Below, piece after piece: positions 38,020 to 47,108 of a DNA stretch of 64,000 bases. The notes beneath the pieces were generated by a model, which searched no databases, was not told the DNA's origin, and was given only the letters and a program-made list of their open reading frames with translations. Where the stretch lies: contig OZ244922.1 in assembly GCA_965221905.1 (NCBI GenBank), forward strand, positions 1,120,001-1,184,000, in the 5' to 3' direction. The translations under genes and the position numbers were made by a program. Each line of letters opens with the position of its first letter. Position 1 is the first letter of the stretch. This stretch comes from Chloroflexota bacterium (GTDB lineage: Bacteria > Chloroflexota > UBA11872 > VXOZ01).

Positions 38020-39012
38020 ATGGCATACAGAGTTGGATTGGTGGGTGTGGAGCAGCATGTACCGCACGTATTTGCGGGTATTGATGAATCGGATGAGATT
38101 GAGCTTGTGGCGGTTGCCCAGGCGGGTGCGCGCGCCGATGAGCTAGAGGAAAAGTATGGCGCGCGAGTTTACGACGACCACACGGCCATGTTCGCGCAGG
38201 AGCAACTTGACGTGGCGGCAGTCTGTCTGATTCCCGCCGACCAGGGTCGGGTCGTGATCGATGCGCTTGAGGCCGGTTTGCACGTCACGGCGGACAAGCC
38301 GCTTGTGATTACGCAGGAAGAGCTTGATGCCATCGTGGCACTGGTGCGCCGGCAGCCGGACCGCAAGGTCGGGCAGATCTTTACCCTGCGGGGCACACCG
38401 GGTTATACGAAACTGCGCGAAATTGTGCAAAGCGGCGCCATTGGCGACGTGGCCCAAAGTTACGGCCTGCGTTCGGCGATGGAGAAGCGCGAGACCCGTG
38501 CGCCGTGGTTCTTCGACGAACGGCTCTCCGGCGGCCCAATTCCCGACTTGCTCATCCACGACATCGATGCGCTCCGCTGGATTACGGGACTTGAGTACAC
38601 CCACGTGGTAAGCCGGGAGACCAACTTCGCCCGGCCCGACGACCCCTACTACCGCAATGCCGGACAGCTCTTCTTCCTGCAGGAGCAGCATGCGACGGCC
38701 ATTATGGAGCATCACCGTCTGGTGAGCCCGGCATTTGCGGGCATGGACTGCCGCATGAAGATCGTGGGTACCGACGGACAGGTGGAGATCACCGCGAAGG
38801 GTGAGGTCTACCTTTATAACAGCAAGCATGCCGGGCAGGTGACACCGCTGGCCGCAGCACAGAATGTATTTGCCGATTTTGCGGTCAAGGCCTGTTCCGG
38901 CGAGGAGCCGTTGGTGGATACGGCCAGCGCGTTGCAATCAATGCAAGTGGCGCTCACCGCCAAGACAGCATCGGAGACCGAAGCACTGGTGCCGATCCCG
39001 CGAATTCTGTAG
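38020..39012 (+). CDS. Gfo/Idh/MocA family oxidoreductase
   Basis: ALEAGLHVTADKPL, GAIGDV, WFFD..SGG.IPDLLIHDIDALRW. Confidence 0.88.
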   Translation: MAYRVGLVGVEQHVPHVFAGIDESDEIELVAVAQAGARADELEEKYGARVYDDHTAMFAQEQLDVAAVCLIPADQGRVVIDALEAGLHVTADKPLVITQEELDAIVALVRRQPDRKVGQIFTLRGTPGYTKLREIVQSGAIGDVAQSYGLRSAMEKRETRAPWFFDERLSGGPIPDLLIHDIDALRWITGLEYTHVVSRETNFARPDDPYYRNAGQLFFLQEQHATAIMEHHRLVSPAFAGMDCRMKIVGTDGQVEITAKGEVYLYNSKHAGQVTPLAAAQNVFADFAVKACSGEEPLVDTASALQSMQVALTAKTASETEALVPIPRIL

Positions 39013-39112
39013 TGCAAATGGCTTGTGGGAGTGCGCGCGGTCCAGGACGTGTGGAACGGTCTCAGGGAACTTGCCAAGATTCCAGGGCTCTCAGTAACCA
39101 AATGAACGGGAT

Positions 39113-39319
39113 GGCCTTCGACAGGCTCAGGCCGAACGGTATACTGGGTCTCTCTGCTGGTTGTGCAAGTGTGCGAGGGGTTCGTGCAAATGGGGAGACT
39201 TAGTCTTTCCGTTGCTAGTCTAGGAGATTGAGATCGAAAAGGAGATGCGCGTCTTGACGTTTGTGTAGGAGAGACGGCTCTTGCCGTTCGTGGTGAGCCG
39301 GTCGAACCATGAACGGCAA
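39113..39319. repeat. Two oppositely oriented CTGAGCCTGTCGAAG-type REP-like elements
   Basis: GGCCTTCGACAGGCTCAGGCCGAACGGT (39113-39140) and TTGCCGTTCGTGGTGAGCCGGTCGAACCATGAACGGCAA (39281-39319). Confidence 0.8.
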
Positions 39320-39386
39320 GACCGGTAGTTTTCTTATGCGATTTCAGCGGAAACACACGAAGCGTCCTAGAATTGGCCTGGGGCGC

Positions 39387-39415
39387 GTGTCAATTGCCGC
39401 GCAACTGTGTATAAT
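39387..39415 (+). promoter_or_regulatory. Sigma70-type promoter for the aminotransferase
   Basis: GTGTCA-17 nt-TATAAT, ~30 nt upstream of ATG 39446. Confidence 0.55.
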
Positions 39416-39445
39416 CCCTAAATAAACTTTGGAAAGGAGTGTTTC

Positions 39446-40729
39446 ATGGCTATCAAGAGTCCTGCGGATGTAAGCCTAGCGGTCGATGGAGGTGCACCGG
39501 TACGGGGATCGGAGAATCCGCTGCCGCGAGTCTTTCCCCGCTACGTCCCGGACAGCGCCTACGACAACGTGCGTGAGGTGCTGGATGGCGGTGTTGCAAG
39601 CAACTTTCTCAGCCGGTTCGAGGATGCGTTTGCCGAGGCTACCGGCACGAAGTATTGCGTCTCCATTGCGAACTGCACGGCTGCGCTCCACTCCCTCTAT
39701 GCCGGACTGGGAGTCGGGCCCGGGGATGAAGTCGCCGTGAGTCCCATTACCGACTTCGGCACAATCGCTGGCATCATTGCCCAGGGCGCAATCCCGATCT
39801 TTCCCGATGTGGACGTGCGCACGGGCAACGTCACTGCCGAGACCATCGAAAAAGTGCTGTCGCCGCGCACGGCGGCCATCGTTGCCGTGCACTTCTACGG
39901 ATTGCTCTGCCCGATGGAAGAGATCGTGGCGCTGGGGAAGAGCAGAAACATCACAGTCGCAGAGGATGTCTGCCAAGCGCCGCTGGCGAACTATTCAGGA
40001 CAGAACGTGAAAGGCAAGGCGGGATCGCTGGGCGATGTCGGCGGCTTTTCGTTTGATGCGGAAAAGCATCTGACAGCAGACCACGGCGGCGCCGTTACCA
40101 CGGACGATAAGGACATCGCCGATAGGGTGAGGAGCTTTGCGCTCACGCGCGGCGCCGTTACGTACCCGAATTACGGGCGCAAGCACGAATCGTTCGGCCT
40201 GAATTATCGCTTCGGTCAGTTCCAAGCGGGGCTGGCGTTGGCCGAACTTGAGGTGCTCGAGGAGCAGAACGAGCGGCGCCGGCAGGGAGCCGCCCACCTG
40301 AACTCTCTGATTGATGAGATTGACGGTCTCACGCCGCCATACACTCCTCCGGGCAGCGACCATATTCACTGGCTCTACCACCTACGTCTCGATCTTGACC
40401 AGTTCCGCTGCTCGATCTGGGACTTTGCTAACGCACTGTTGGCGGAGGGCCTGACCCCTGGCGCCGGCCCGGCACCATACTATCTCGTGCCCGACAGCCA
40501 TAAATTCATGCAAGACAAGGCGCACGTGGCGGGTAGGTCCGGCTGGCCGTGGGACCATCCGATGAACGAGTTTGCCAAAGACATCGAATACAGCGCGGCA
40601 ATGTGCCCCCAGGGCAAGGAGCACCTGGACACCACCATCCGCTGGACGTGGACCGATAAGCACTCCGCCGAGGACATTGAGGACATGGCCACGATGTTCG
40701 CCAAAGTGGCGGACTTTTATCGCGTATAG
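39446..40729 (+). CDS. DegT/DnrJ/EryC1/StrS family PLP-dependent aminotransferase
   Basis: NCTAALH, GPGDEV, VHFYG, EDVCQA, FSFDAEKHLT (PLP Lys), GLNYR. Confidence 0.92.
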   Translation: MAIKSPADVSLAVDGGAPVRGSENPLPRVFPRYVPDSAYDNVREVLDGGVASNFLSRFEDAFAEATGTKYCVSIANCTAALHSLYAGLGVGPGDEVAVSPITDFGTIAGIIAQGAIPIFPDVDVRTGNVTAETIEKVLSPRTAAIVAVHFYGLLCPMEEIVALGKSRNITVAEDVCQAPLANYSGQNVKGKAGSLGDVGGFSFDAEKHLTADHGGAVTTDDKDIADRVRSFALTRGAVTYPNYGRKHESFGLNYRFGQFQAGLALAELEVLEEQNERRRQGAAHLNSLIDEIDGLTPPYTPPGSDHIHWLYHLRLDLDQFRCSIWDFANALLAEGLTPGAGPAPYYLVPDSHKFMQDKAHVAGRSGWPWDHPMNEFAKDIEYSAAMCPQGKEHLDTTIRWTWTDKHSAEDIEDMATMFAKVADFYRV

Positions 40730-41053
40730 CGCCGAATGGGGGCAACAGCGGAGTTGGGATGCGCGTGAAGTTGTGCTGCTTGGGATGCCGTGAGTCATGC
40801 CGTTAGGCTAATTGGCCGAAAAATAGAGCCATTGCAGGATCAGACAAGCGATCTTGCAGTGGCTCTTCTACAATCTTGAGAGCGCTCCTTGGTCCTCATG
40901 CCATCGTCTGCGATTATGGTCAGGTAAGTCGCCGTAGAGCGGCGCATCCACAGGTCAATTGCTGTCTGTTATACCTCGACGCAAGAACCCATGGGGAAGT
41001 GGCGGGCGTGACACTTCACCTCATCTCCAGCGTGGTCGCATTGAATTGGCCGA

Positions 41054-42646
41054 CTACGCATGGCTTTGGCGTCTGGGCAGCCGGTTGTCGGTGCGGATGA
41101 GTTCTTCCATGAGGCGCACCTTTAGGTCGCGTTTCAGGCCTTGGGCGGCGGGATCGTGCCAAAGGTTGTGGATCTGTCCGGGGTCTTGTTCCCTGTCGAA
41201 TAGCTCGCCGTACTCCTGCTCGCCGTCATCGCCAACGTACACGGTGAGTTGGTGGGTATCGGTGACGAGGGTGCGCAGGCGCAGCCCGATGTAGTCCTCG
41301 TCGTTCTCGATGATGATAGCGTCCTGTACGGAATCCGCCGCGCCGGTGAGCAGGGGCGTGAGCAACCGACCCGGCCATGACGCCATCTGCCGCTCAGCTT
41401 CCGGCTGCGGCACGCCCTGCATGAACGGCGGCCCGTACTCCGGCGCCGGTACGCCCGCCAAGTCGAGCAGCGTGGGTGGGATGTCCAAGTGCGACACCAG
41501 GCTCTGGGAGACTTTGCCCGCTGGGAACCGCGCCGGCCAGCGCCAGATTGAGGGAATGTTGAGCATGCCGTCGAAATGGAACGGTCCTTTGTTCAAGAGC
41601 CAGTGGTCGCCTAGCAAATCGCCGTGGTCTGCAGTGAAGACGACGACCGTATTATCGGCGAGGCCCAGTTCGTCGAGCTCATCCAGGATTCGTCCCACTT
41701 GCTCGTCGATGAATGAGACCATGCCGTAGGTAATGGCAGTAATCTCGCGCATCTGCTCGTCCGGCATCTTCGTGGCGAACCGGCGACCGGAGGTCCACTG
41801 GTCGGTTTCATACATCAGGCGCATGTGGGGAGCCAGATCATCGAGCTCATTGTCGCGCCGGGTCGGCGTGGGGATCGAGGCCCGGTCATACATGGAGAAC
41901 CAGGGATCCGGCGCGGCATACGGGTGGTGCGGATCGGGAAACGAGGCCCACAACATGAACGGCTGCTCCTGATCGGCTGCATCTTTCATATAGGCAATCG
42001 AGCGGTCGGCGATCCAGGTGTTGTAGTGCAACTCGGGCGGCACGTTGATGCGGTAGGACTGTTCCGCGCCGCTCGCGGCGGGGGTAGAGGCTTCACGGTT
42101 CCAGAAGGGGAGCACATCCGGATGCTCGCGCTCGAGCCAGTGGTAGTGTTCGCCCGGTAAGCCGGCGCCATGGCCGATGGTCAACTCGGTGCTCTCGAAA
42201 CCGTAGTAGGGCGAAGGTAACTTTGCAATCTTGCGGTTGTGCCACATCCAGCGGGTTTCCGGGAAGTCGAGGGGGTCGAGTGTTTCCGGGTCAAGACCCA
42301 AGGGCTCGCCCGCCACACGCACGTGGATCTTACCAATACTGTGGGTTCGATAGCCGACATTGGAAAGGGTGCCGGTAACTGTGGGGAAGGCGGGATCGAG
42401 GTCGATTCCGTTAGTGCGCACGTTGTGTCCGCGCGGCGTCAGGCCTGTGAGCAGCGTGGAGCGCGAGGGCATGCAGAGCGGATTGTTGACATAAGCACGA
42501 GTCAGCAGCGCACCGCCGGCCGCCAGCTTATCGAGATTGGGCGTCTGCAGCGGCGTATCGTCGCGCCAGTCGCGCCACGCGCAGGTCATGCAGTCGCCGC
42601 GCATCTGGTCGGTAAGGATGATGAGGAAATTCGGTCGCTCGTTCAT
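41054..42646 (-). CDS. Cys-type (formylglycine) sulfatase
   Basis: RPNFLIILTDQ, LCMPSRSTLLTG, GKIH, FPDPHHPY, FTADHGD; AAGGAG RBS before ATG 42646. Confidence 0.94.
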   Translation of the reverse strand: MNERPNFLIILTDQMRGDCMTCAWRDWRDDTPLQTPNLDKLAAGGALLTRAYVNNPLCMPSRSTLLTGLTPRGHNVRTNGIDLDPAFPTVTGTLSNVGYRTHSIGKIHVRVAGEPLGLDPETLDPLDFPETRWMWHNRKIAKLPSPYYGFESTELTIGHGAGLPGEHYHWLEREHPDVLPFWNREASTPAASGAEQSYRINVPPELHYNTWIADRSIAYMKDAADQEQPFMLWASFPDPHHPYAAPDPWFSMYDRASIPTPTRRDNELDDLAPHMRLMYETDQWTSGRRFATKMPDEQMREITAITYGMVSFIDEQVGRILDELDELGLADNTVVVFTADHGDLLGDHWLLNKGPFHFDGMLNIPSIWRWPARFPAGKVSQSLVSHLDIPPTLLDLAGVPAPEYGPPFMQGVPQPEAERQMASWPGRLLTPLLTGAADSVQDAIIIENDEDYIGLRLRTLVTDTHQLTVYVGDDGEQEYGELFDREQDPGQIHNLWHDPAAQGLKRDLKVRLMEELIRTDNRLPRRQSHA

Positions 42647-42867
42647 GTGGTGCTCCTTCGTCTCTAACTTTGATGTCACGCGTGCCCCGTTCTGGATGCG
42701 ATGGGAGGCGGCATCCTTCAGGTTGACGCCAGGCCGTGAATATAAGAGTTTACTTAGTACAGAGTATACCCGCTGCGTGTCGGCCTCCGTCCGCATTGTT
42801 TTGAGGAAAGGAAAAAACTGCGTATGCGTTCTCGATCTCTTGGAAGAGGCCGCGTGACGACGGAGCT

Positions 42868-42896
42868 CTGGATTCCGGCTTTCACCAGAATGACGG
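42868..42896. repeat. CGTC-family REP-like element
   Basis: CTGGATTCCGGCTTTCACCAGAATGACGG; relatives at ~44315-44340, 44405-44433, 54243-54271 and 59777-59804. Confidence 0.8.
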
Positions 42897-42954
42897 GCCG
42901 TTCTCTGTCCCTAAGTCCAGCCTCACGTAGGGCAGCTAGCTAAATTGCGCGTCA

Positions 42955-43079
42955 TTGATGCTCATTCCAAGTAGGAATATAATTGCCGTAATACACTTCT
43001 CGGCGTGGACTGGCAGCCAAAGACAGCCGCACCGCAATCTAGCTGCACCACGACCCAATGCAAGGAGCAAATTTCCCCC
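42955..43079 (+). promoter_or_regulatory. Sigma70 promoter plus conserved ~90-nt leader (copy 1)
   Basis: TTGATG-17-TATAAT (42955-42983); leader nearly identical to the one at 44616-44710. Confidence 0.8.
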
Positions 43080-44120
43080 ATGAGTACCGAGCGTCGGGCC
43101 AGACTTGCCTTCATCGGTTGTGGCTCCTTTGCTACTGCCTCGATATTTCCGCAGATTCCGCTGATTCCCGAGATCGATCTCGTCGCCGTCTGCGACATCG
43201 ATGAGGAGAAAGCGCAGCGCAACGCCCGCAACTTCGGCGCGCGACGCGTTTACACCGACATGGTAAAGATGCTTGATACGGAGGAACTTGATGGTGTGTT
43301 CACCATCGGACCGGCGCCGCAGCAGTACGAGCTAGCGCCGGTGGTGCTTAGTCGCGGTCTGCCGGTATACACCGAAAAGCCGTCTGCCAACACCTCGGCG
43401 GAAGCCAAGGAACTGGCCGAACTGGCCGAGGCCAACGGCACATGGGGACAGGTGGGATTCATGAAGCGGTTCGCCGATGTTTATCGGATTGCCAAGGAAG
43501 TTATCGCCCGTCCCGAATTTGGGGGTCTGCACGTGCTCAAGGTCAAGTTCGGGCAGGGGAAGTATCCGCAAATTTGGGGCATCGACTCCGCCAAACGGGC
43601 GTTTCTCATCGGCCAGTGCGTGCATATCTTCGACCTGGTGCGATTCTTTGGCGGCGACGTGCGCGCCGTGAATGCGCTTTACTACGAGGTGGGCCCGCAG
43701 AATTTCTCGTATCTCATCAACCTGGAGTTCGTGAACGGCACCGTGGGGCACATGGACATCAATACGCTTGATTCCAAGGTGGGGACCCGCGACATCATCG
43801 AGACGCTGGAACTCATCGGCATGGAGACCCACGTGGTCTGCGAAGACATGATGAAGGTCAAGTACCAGCCCCAAGAGGCGTGGTCGGCAGAGGCGCCGCG
43901 TCTCGGACGGTACAACTTCACCTTGGAGCCCTCGTGGACCGGCCTGGCGATCAGCAAGCGCAACTTCGGCTACACTGGCGAGGTGGAAAACTTCGCCCGC
44001 CGCTGCCTGGGCGAGGTGAGCACCGGCCCCGACCTCTGGGATAGCTACAAAGCGCTCACGTTCGGAGAAGCGGTCTACCAGAGCTCCCACGGCGGCGGCC
44101 GGGTGCTGGTGGAACAGTAG
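43080..44120 (+). CDS. Gfo/Idh/MocA family oxidoreductase (duplicate A)
   Basis: FIGCG, VAVCD, VYTEKP, QVGFMKRF, HIFDL; 346 aa. Confidence 0.92.
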   Translation: MSTERRARLAFIGCGSFATASIFPQIPLIPEIDLVAVCDIDEEKAQRNARNFGARRVYTDMVKMLDTEELDGVFTIGPAPQQYELAPVVLSRGLPVYTEKPSANTSAEAKELAELAEANGTWGQVGFMKRFADVYRIAKEVIARPEFGGLHVLKVKFGQGKYPQIWGIDSAKRAFLIGQCVHIFDLVRFFGGDVRAVNALYYEVGPQNFSYLINLEFVNGTVGHMDINTLDSKVGTRDIIETLELIGMETHVVCEDMMKVKYQPQEAWSAEAPRLGRYNFTLEPSWTGLAISKRNFGYTGEVENFARRCLGEVSTGPDLWDSYKALTFGEAVYQSSHGGGRVLVEQ

Positions 44121-44228
44121 GCGCCATCGCTCGACAAGGTGTTTTCCCGCGCAGGTGAATTCCTGGCATTGCAGAATCTGGATGGTTTCACTGTGCACTG
44201 AGCAAGCCGGCCTAGGATCGCGCAAGAG

Positions 44229-44539
44229 GCGGGGGACAAGCCCCCGCGCTACGGCAGGAAGTGCCGCACATTCCGTTATGCCCGCGATCTCTGTCCGTCA
44301 CTCGCGTCATCAATCCGTCATTCCCGCTCGCGCGGGAATTAATCTTCCCATTAGCGCAAGTAGCGCAAGTTTACGCACCCTTCTTGGCTAGAGCTTAGGA
44401 ATTCCTGGATTCCGGCTTGCACCGGAATTACGGGATGAGCGCATGAGTTAAGGAGCAGTCGGTGACACTTTAGACAAAGCAAGCCGAGGGCGATCGGAAA
44501 GCCCTCTACTGGGGGAGAGGGTTTGGGTGAGGGCGACTG
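44229..44539. repeat. Mixed REP cluster between the duplicated dehydrogenases
   Basis: GCGGGGGACAAGCCCCCGCGCTAC (44229-44252), CGTC-type elements (~44315-44340, 44405-44433), CCCTCT..GGGAGAGGGTTTGGGTGAGGG (44502-44539). Confidence 0.8.
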
Positions 44540-44586
44540 ATCGCTAATGCTGCCATGCCCGGGCAAATAAAAGGGACAGCCCGGCA

Positions 44587-44710
44587 TTGATGCTCGCGCA
44601 GCCTGGGAATATAATTGCCGTAATACACTTCTCGGCGTGGACTGGTAGCCAAAGACAGCCGCACCGCAAACTGGCTGCACTACGCCACAACGCTAGGAGC
44701 AAATTTCCCC
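44587..44710 (+). promoter_or_regulatory. Sigma70 promoter plus conserved leader (copy 2)
   Basis: TTGATG-17-TATAAT (44587-44615); spacer sequence diverged but the same length as in copy 1. Confidence 0.8.
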
Positions 44711-45751
44711 ATGAGTACTGAACGCCGAGCCAGACTTGCCTTCATCGGTTGTGGCTCATTTGCCACCGCCTCGATTTTTCCGCAGATCCCGCTCTTACCG
44801 GAGATAGATCTCGTTGCCGTGTGCGACATCGATGAGGAGAAAGCGCAGCGCAATGCCCGCAATTTTGGCGCGCGCCGCGTCTATACCGACATGAACAAAA
44901 TGCTCGATACCGAAGAGCTCGACGGCGTGTTCACCATCGGCCCGGCGCCGCAGCAATACCAACTCGCGCCGGTGGTGCTCAGTCGCGGCCTGCCGGTCTA
45001 CACGGAGAAGCCGTCGGCCAACACCTCTGCTGAGGCCAAGGAGCTGGCCGAATTAGCGGAGGCAAATAACACGTGGGGTCAGGTCGGTTTCATGAAGCGC
45101 TTTGCCGACGTGTACACCATCGCCAAGGAGATCGTGGCGCGGCCGGAGTTTGGCGGCCTGCACGTGCTCAAGGTGAAGTTCGGGCAGGGTAAGTACCCGC
45201 AGATTTGGGGCATCGATTCCGCCAAGCGGGCGTTCCTTATCGGCCAGTGCGTGCACATCTTCGATTTGGTGCGTTTCTTTGGCGGCGACGTGAGAGCCGT
45301 AAACGCGCTCTATTACGAGGTGGGCCCGCAAAATTTCTCCTACCTCATCAACCTGGAATTCACCAACGGTACCGTGGGACACATGGACATCAATACGCTC
45401 GATTCAAAGGTGGCGTTCCGCGACATCATCGAGACGCTGGAGCTTATTGGGTTTGAGAACCACGTGGTGTGCGAGGACATGATGAAGGTCACGTACCAGC
45501 CGCATGAGGAGTGGACGAACGAGACGCCGCGCTTTGGCCGCTACAATTACACGGTTGACCCCTCTTGGACCGGACTAGGGCGCAGCCAGATGAACTGGGG
45601 TTATACCGGCGAGGTGCGCAACTTCGCCCGCCGCTGCTTGGGGCTGGAGACCACCGGCCCCGACCTGTGGGACAGCTACAAGGCGCTCACGTTCGGCGAG
45701 GCGGTCTACAAGAGTTCCCACGGCGGCGGCCGGGTGCTGGTGGAGCAGTAG
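44711..45751 (+). CDS. Gfo/Idh/MocA family oxidoreductase (duplicate B)
   Basis: Same length and motifs as duplicate A; differences concentrate in the C-terminal third. Confidence 0.92.
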   Translation: MSTERRARLAFIGCGSFATASIFPQIPLLPEIDLVAVCDIDEEKAQRNARNFGARRVYTDMNKMLDTEELDGVFTIGPAPQQYQLAPVVLSRGLPVYTEKPSANTSAEAKELAELAEANNTWGQVGFMKRFADVYTIAKEIVARPEFGGLHVLKVKFGQGKYPQIWGIDSAKRAFLIGQCVHIFDLVRFFGGDVRAVNALYYEVGPQNFSYLINLEFTNGTVGHMDINTLDSKVAFRDIIETLELIGFENHVVCEDMMKVTYQPHEEWTNETPRFGRYNYTVDPSWTGLGRSQMNWGYTGEVRNFARRCLGLETTGPDLWDSYKALTFGEAVYKSSHGGGRVLVEQ

Positions 45752-45860
45752 ACAATCGCTGCGCCACACAAAGAAATGTGCAATTCAGTTAGCGGGTATG
45801 TCCTATTGTCTGTTGGGCTTGCGGGAGCGCCCTGAGAGTGGAGGGCCTGGTTGCCCAACA

Positions 45861-45983
45861 GGCGGGGGACAAGCCCCCGCGCTACGATACTGTCTGCTGC
45901 AACATTGGAGGTCATGGAGTACGTGGTATGGCTATAGGTACCTGGTAGCGCAGGTTCGCACGGGTCGTGCGCGTAACCTGCGC
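45861..45983. repeat. Two GTAG-type REP-like elements
   Basis: GGCGGGGGACAAGCCCCCGCGCTAC (45861-45885, matches 44229) and GTAGCGCAGGTT...AACCTGCGC (45945-45983). Confidence 0.75.
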
Positions 45984-46068
45984 CTGCCTGGCGGAAAAGA
46001 TTGTATAATAACCGGAGATGTGTTTGTCTTCGACGATTCTTGGCAAGACTTGAGAAGGAGAGAGCCTG

Positions 46069-46848
46069 ATGGCGACCGCGCAACTGGTGACACTGGCGCC
46101 GGAGCAGAAGCAGTTCTTCGATGATAACGGCTATCTGGTGATGGAGGGCTTGTATGACGCCGCTGAGATGGCGGTCATGCGGCGGGAGTTTCACGACCTG
46201 ATCACGAATACCGATGACCGTCCTGAAGTCCTGCGCTACAACTTCATGGAGCAGGTGGAGGGGTATCCCATCGACCCCTATAACCCCAAGAACGTGCAGG
46301 GCATCATGGACCAGCCGCTGGCGAGCGATTACTGGTTCAACAACGTCACCGATCCTCGCATTGTAAACGTCTTCATCGATCTTTTTGGCCCGGACATCGA
46401 CTTTCACAACGGCAAGGTGCGCAACAATCCGCCCGGGTTCACCAACACCCAAGGCTGGCACCAGGACTGGCCCTACGAGCGTCACAGTACGTCGGACTTG
46501 GCCGCGGCGATTATCTACCTGGACGCGAACGACGTTGACCAGGGTTCGACCACGGTCCTGCCCGGCAGCCACTTGATGGGCGAGTGGGAGACGTCACATG
46601 GTCATACGGTGGCCGACGAGAAGGTGGAAGGCTACGACCCGGTGCCGATGATTGCCAAACCCGGCGACGTGCTCTTCATCCACGTGATGGTGCTGCACAC
46701 GGCAGGCAACAATTTTTCCCACACGTCGCGCCATAAGATTATTAACGAATATAAGTCCAAAGCGGCTATCGACAGGCATGGCAACCGCTGCGCACTTGCC
46801 GGTCTGCCCGTGGCGCGCAACGGCAGGCCCTGCGTGCCGCAGCTCTAG
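46069..46848 (+). CDS. Phytanoyl-CoA dioxygenase (PhyH) family Fe(II)/2OG oxygenase
   Basis: FFDDNGYL, WHQD (HxD), LPGSH, GDVLFIH..LHTAG.N...R. Confidence 0.93.
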   Translation: MATAQLVTLAPEQKQFFDDNGYLVMEGLYDAAEMAVMRREFHDLITNTDDRPEVLRYNFMEQVEGYPIDPYNPKNVQGIMDQPLASDYWFNNVTDPRIVNVFIDLFGPDIDFHNGKVRNNPPGFTNTQGWHQDWPYERHSTSDLAAAIIYLDANDVDQGSTTVLPGSHLMGEWETSHGHTVADEKVEGYDPVPMIAKPGDVLFIHVMVLHTAGNNFSHTSRHKIINEYKSKAAIDRHGNRCALAGLPVARNGRPCVPQL

Positions 46849-47016
46849 TATTGGGAGCCGCGCTACCCGGCAGGTAGTTCCGCGCCGGCTACTACTCGTT
46901 AATTGGAACTAAACTGAGTGCTACGCCTCGCTGGCACATAGCCAACGTTGCTGTGAAGGTTTGCTGCGAGTTTCAACATCGTAAACACTGGAATGACCGT
47001 GGGCTTGACCGAAAAT

Positions 47017-47054
47017 CCCTCTCCCGGGGGAGAGGGTTTGGGTGAGGGCGACTG
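47017..47054. repeat. CCCTCTCC/GGAGAGGG-type palindromic element
   Basis: CCCTCTCCCGGGGGAGAGGGTTTGGGTGAGGGCGACTG, near-identical to 44502-44539. Confidence 0.8.
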
Positions 47055-47108
47055 CCCATTGGACTCGCCCAGTCCTACCAACTCTGCTTAGTGACGCAAG
47101 GGCCTTTC

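Noticed and set aside
38020-40729. O-antigen or NDP-amino-sugar biosynthesis locus
   Set aside because: No glycosyltransferase, nucleotidyltransferase, epimerase or flippase nearby.
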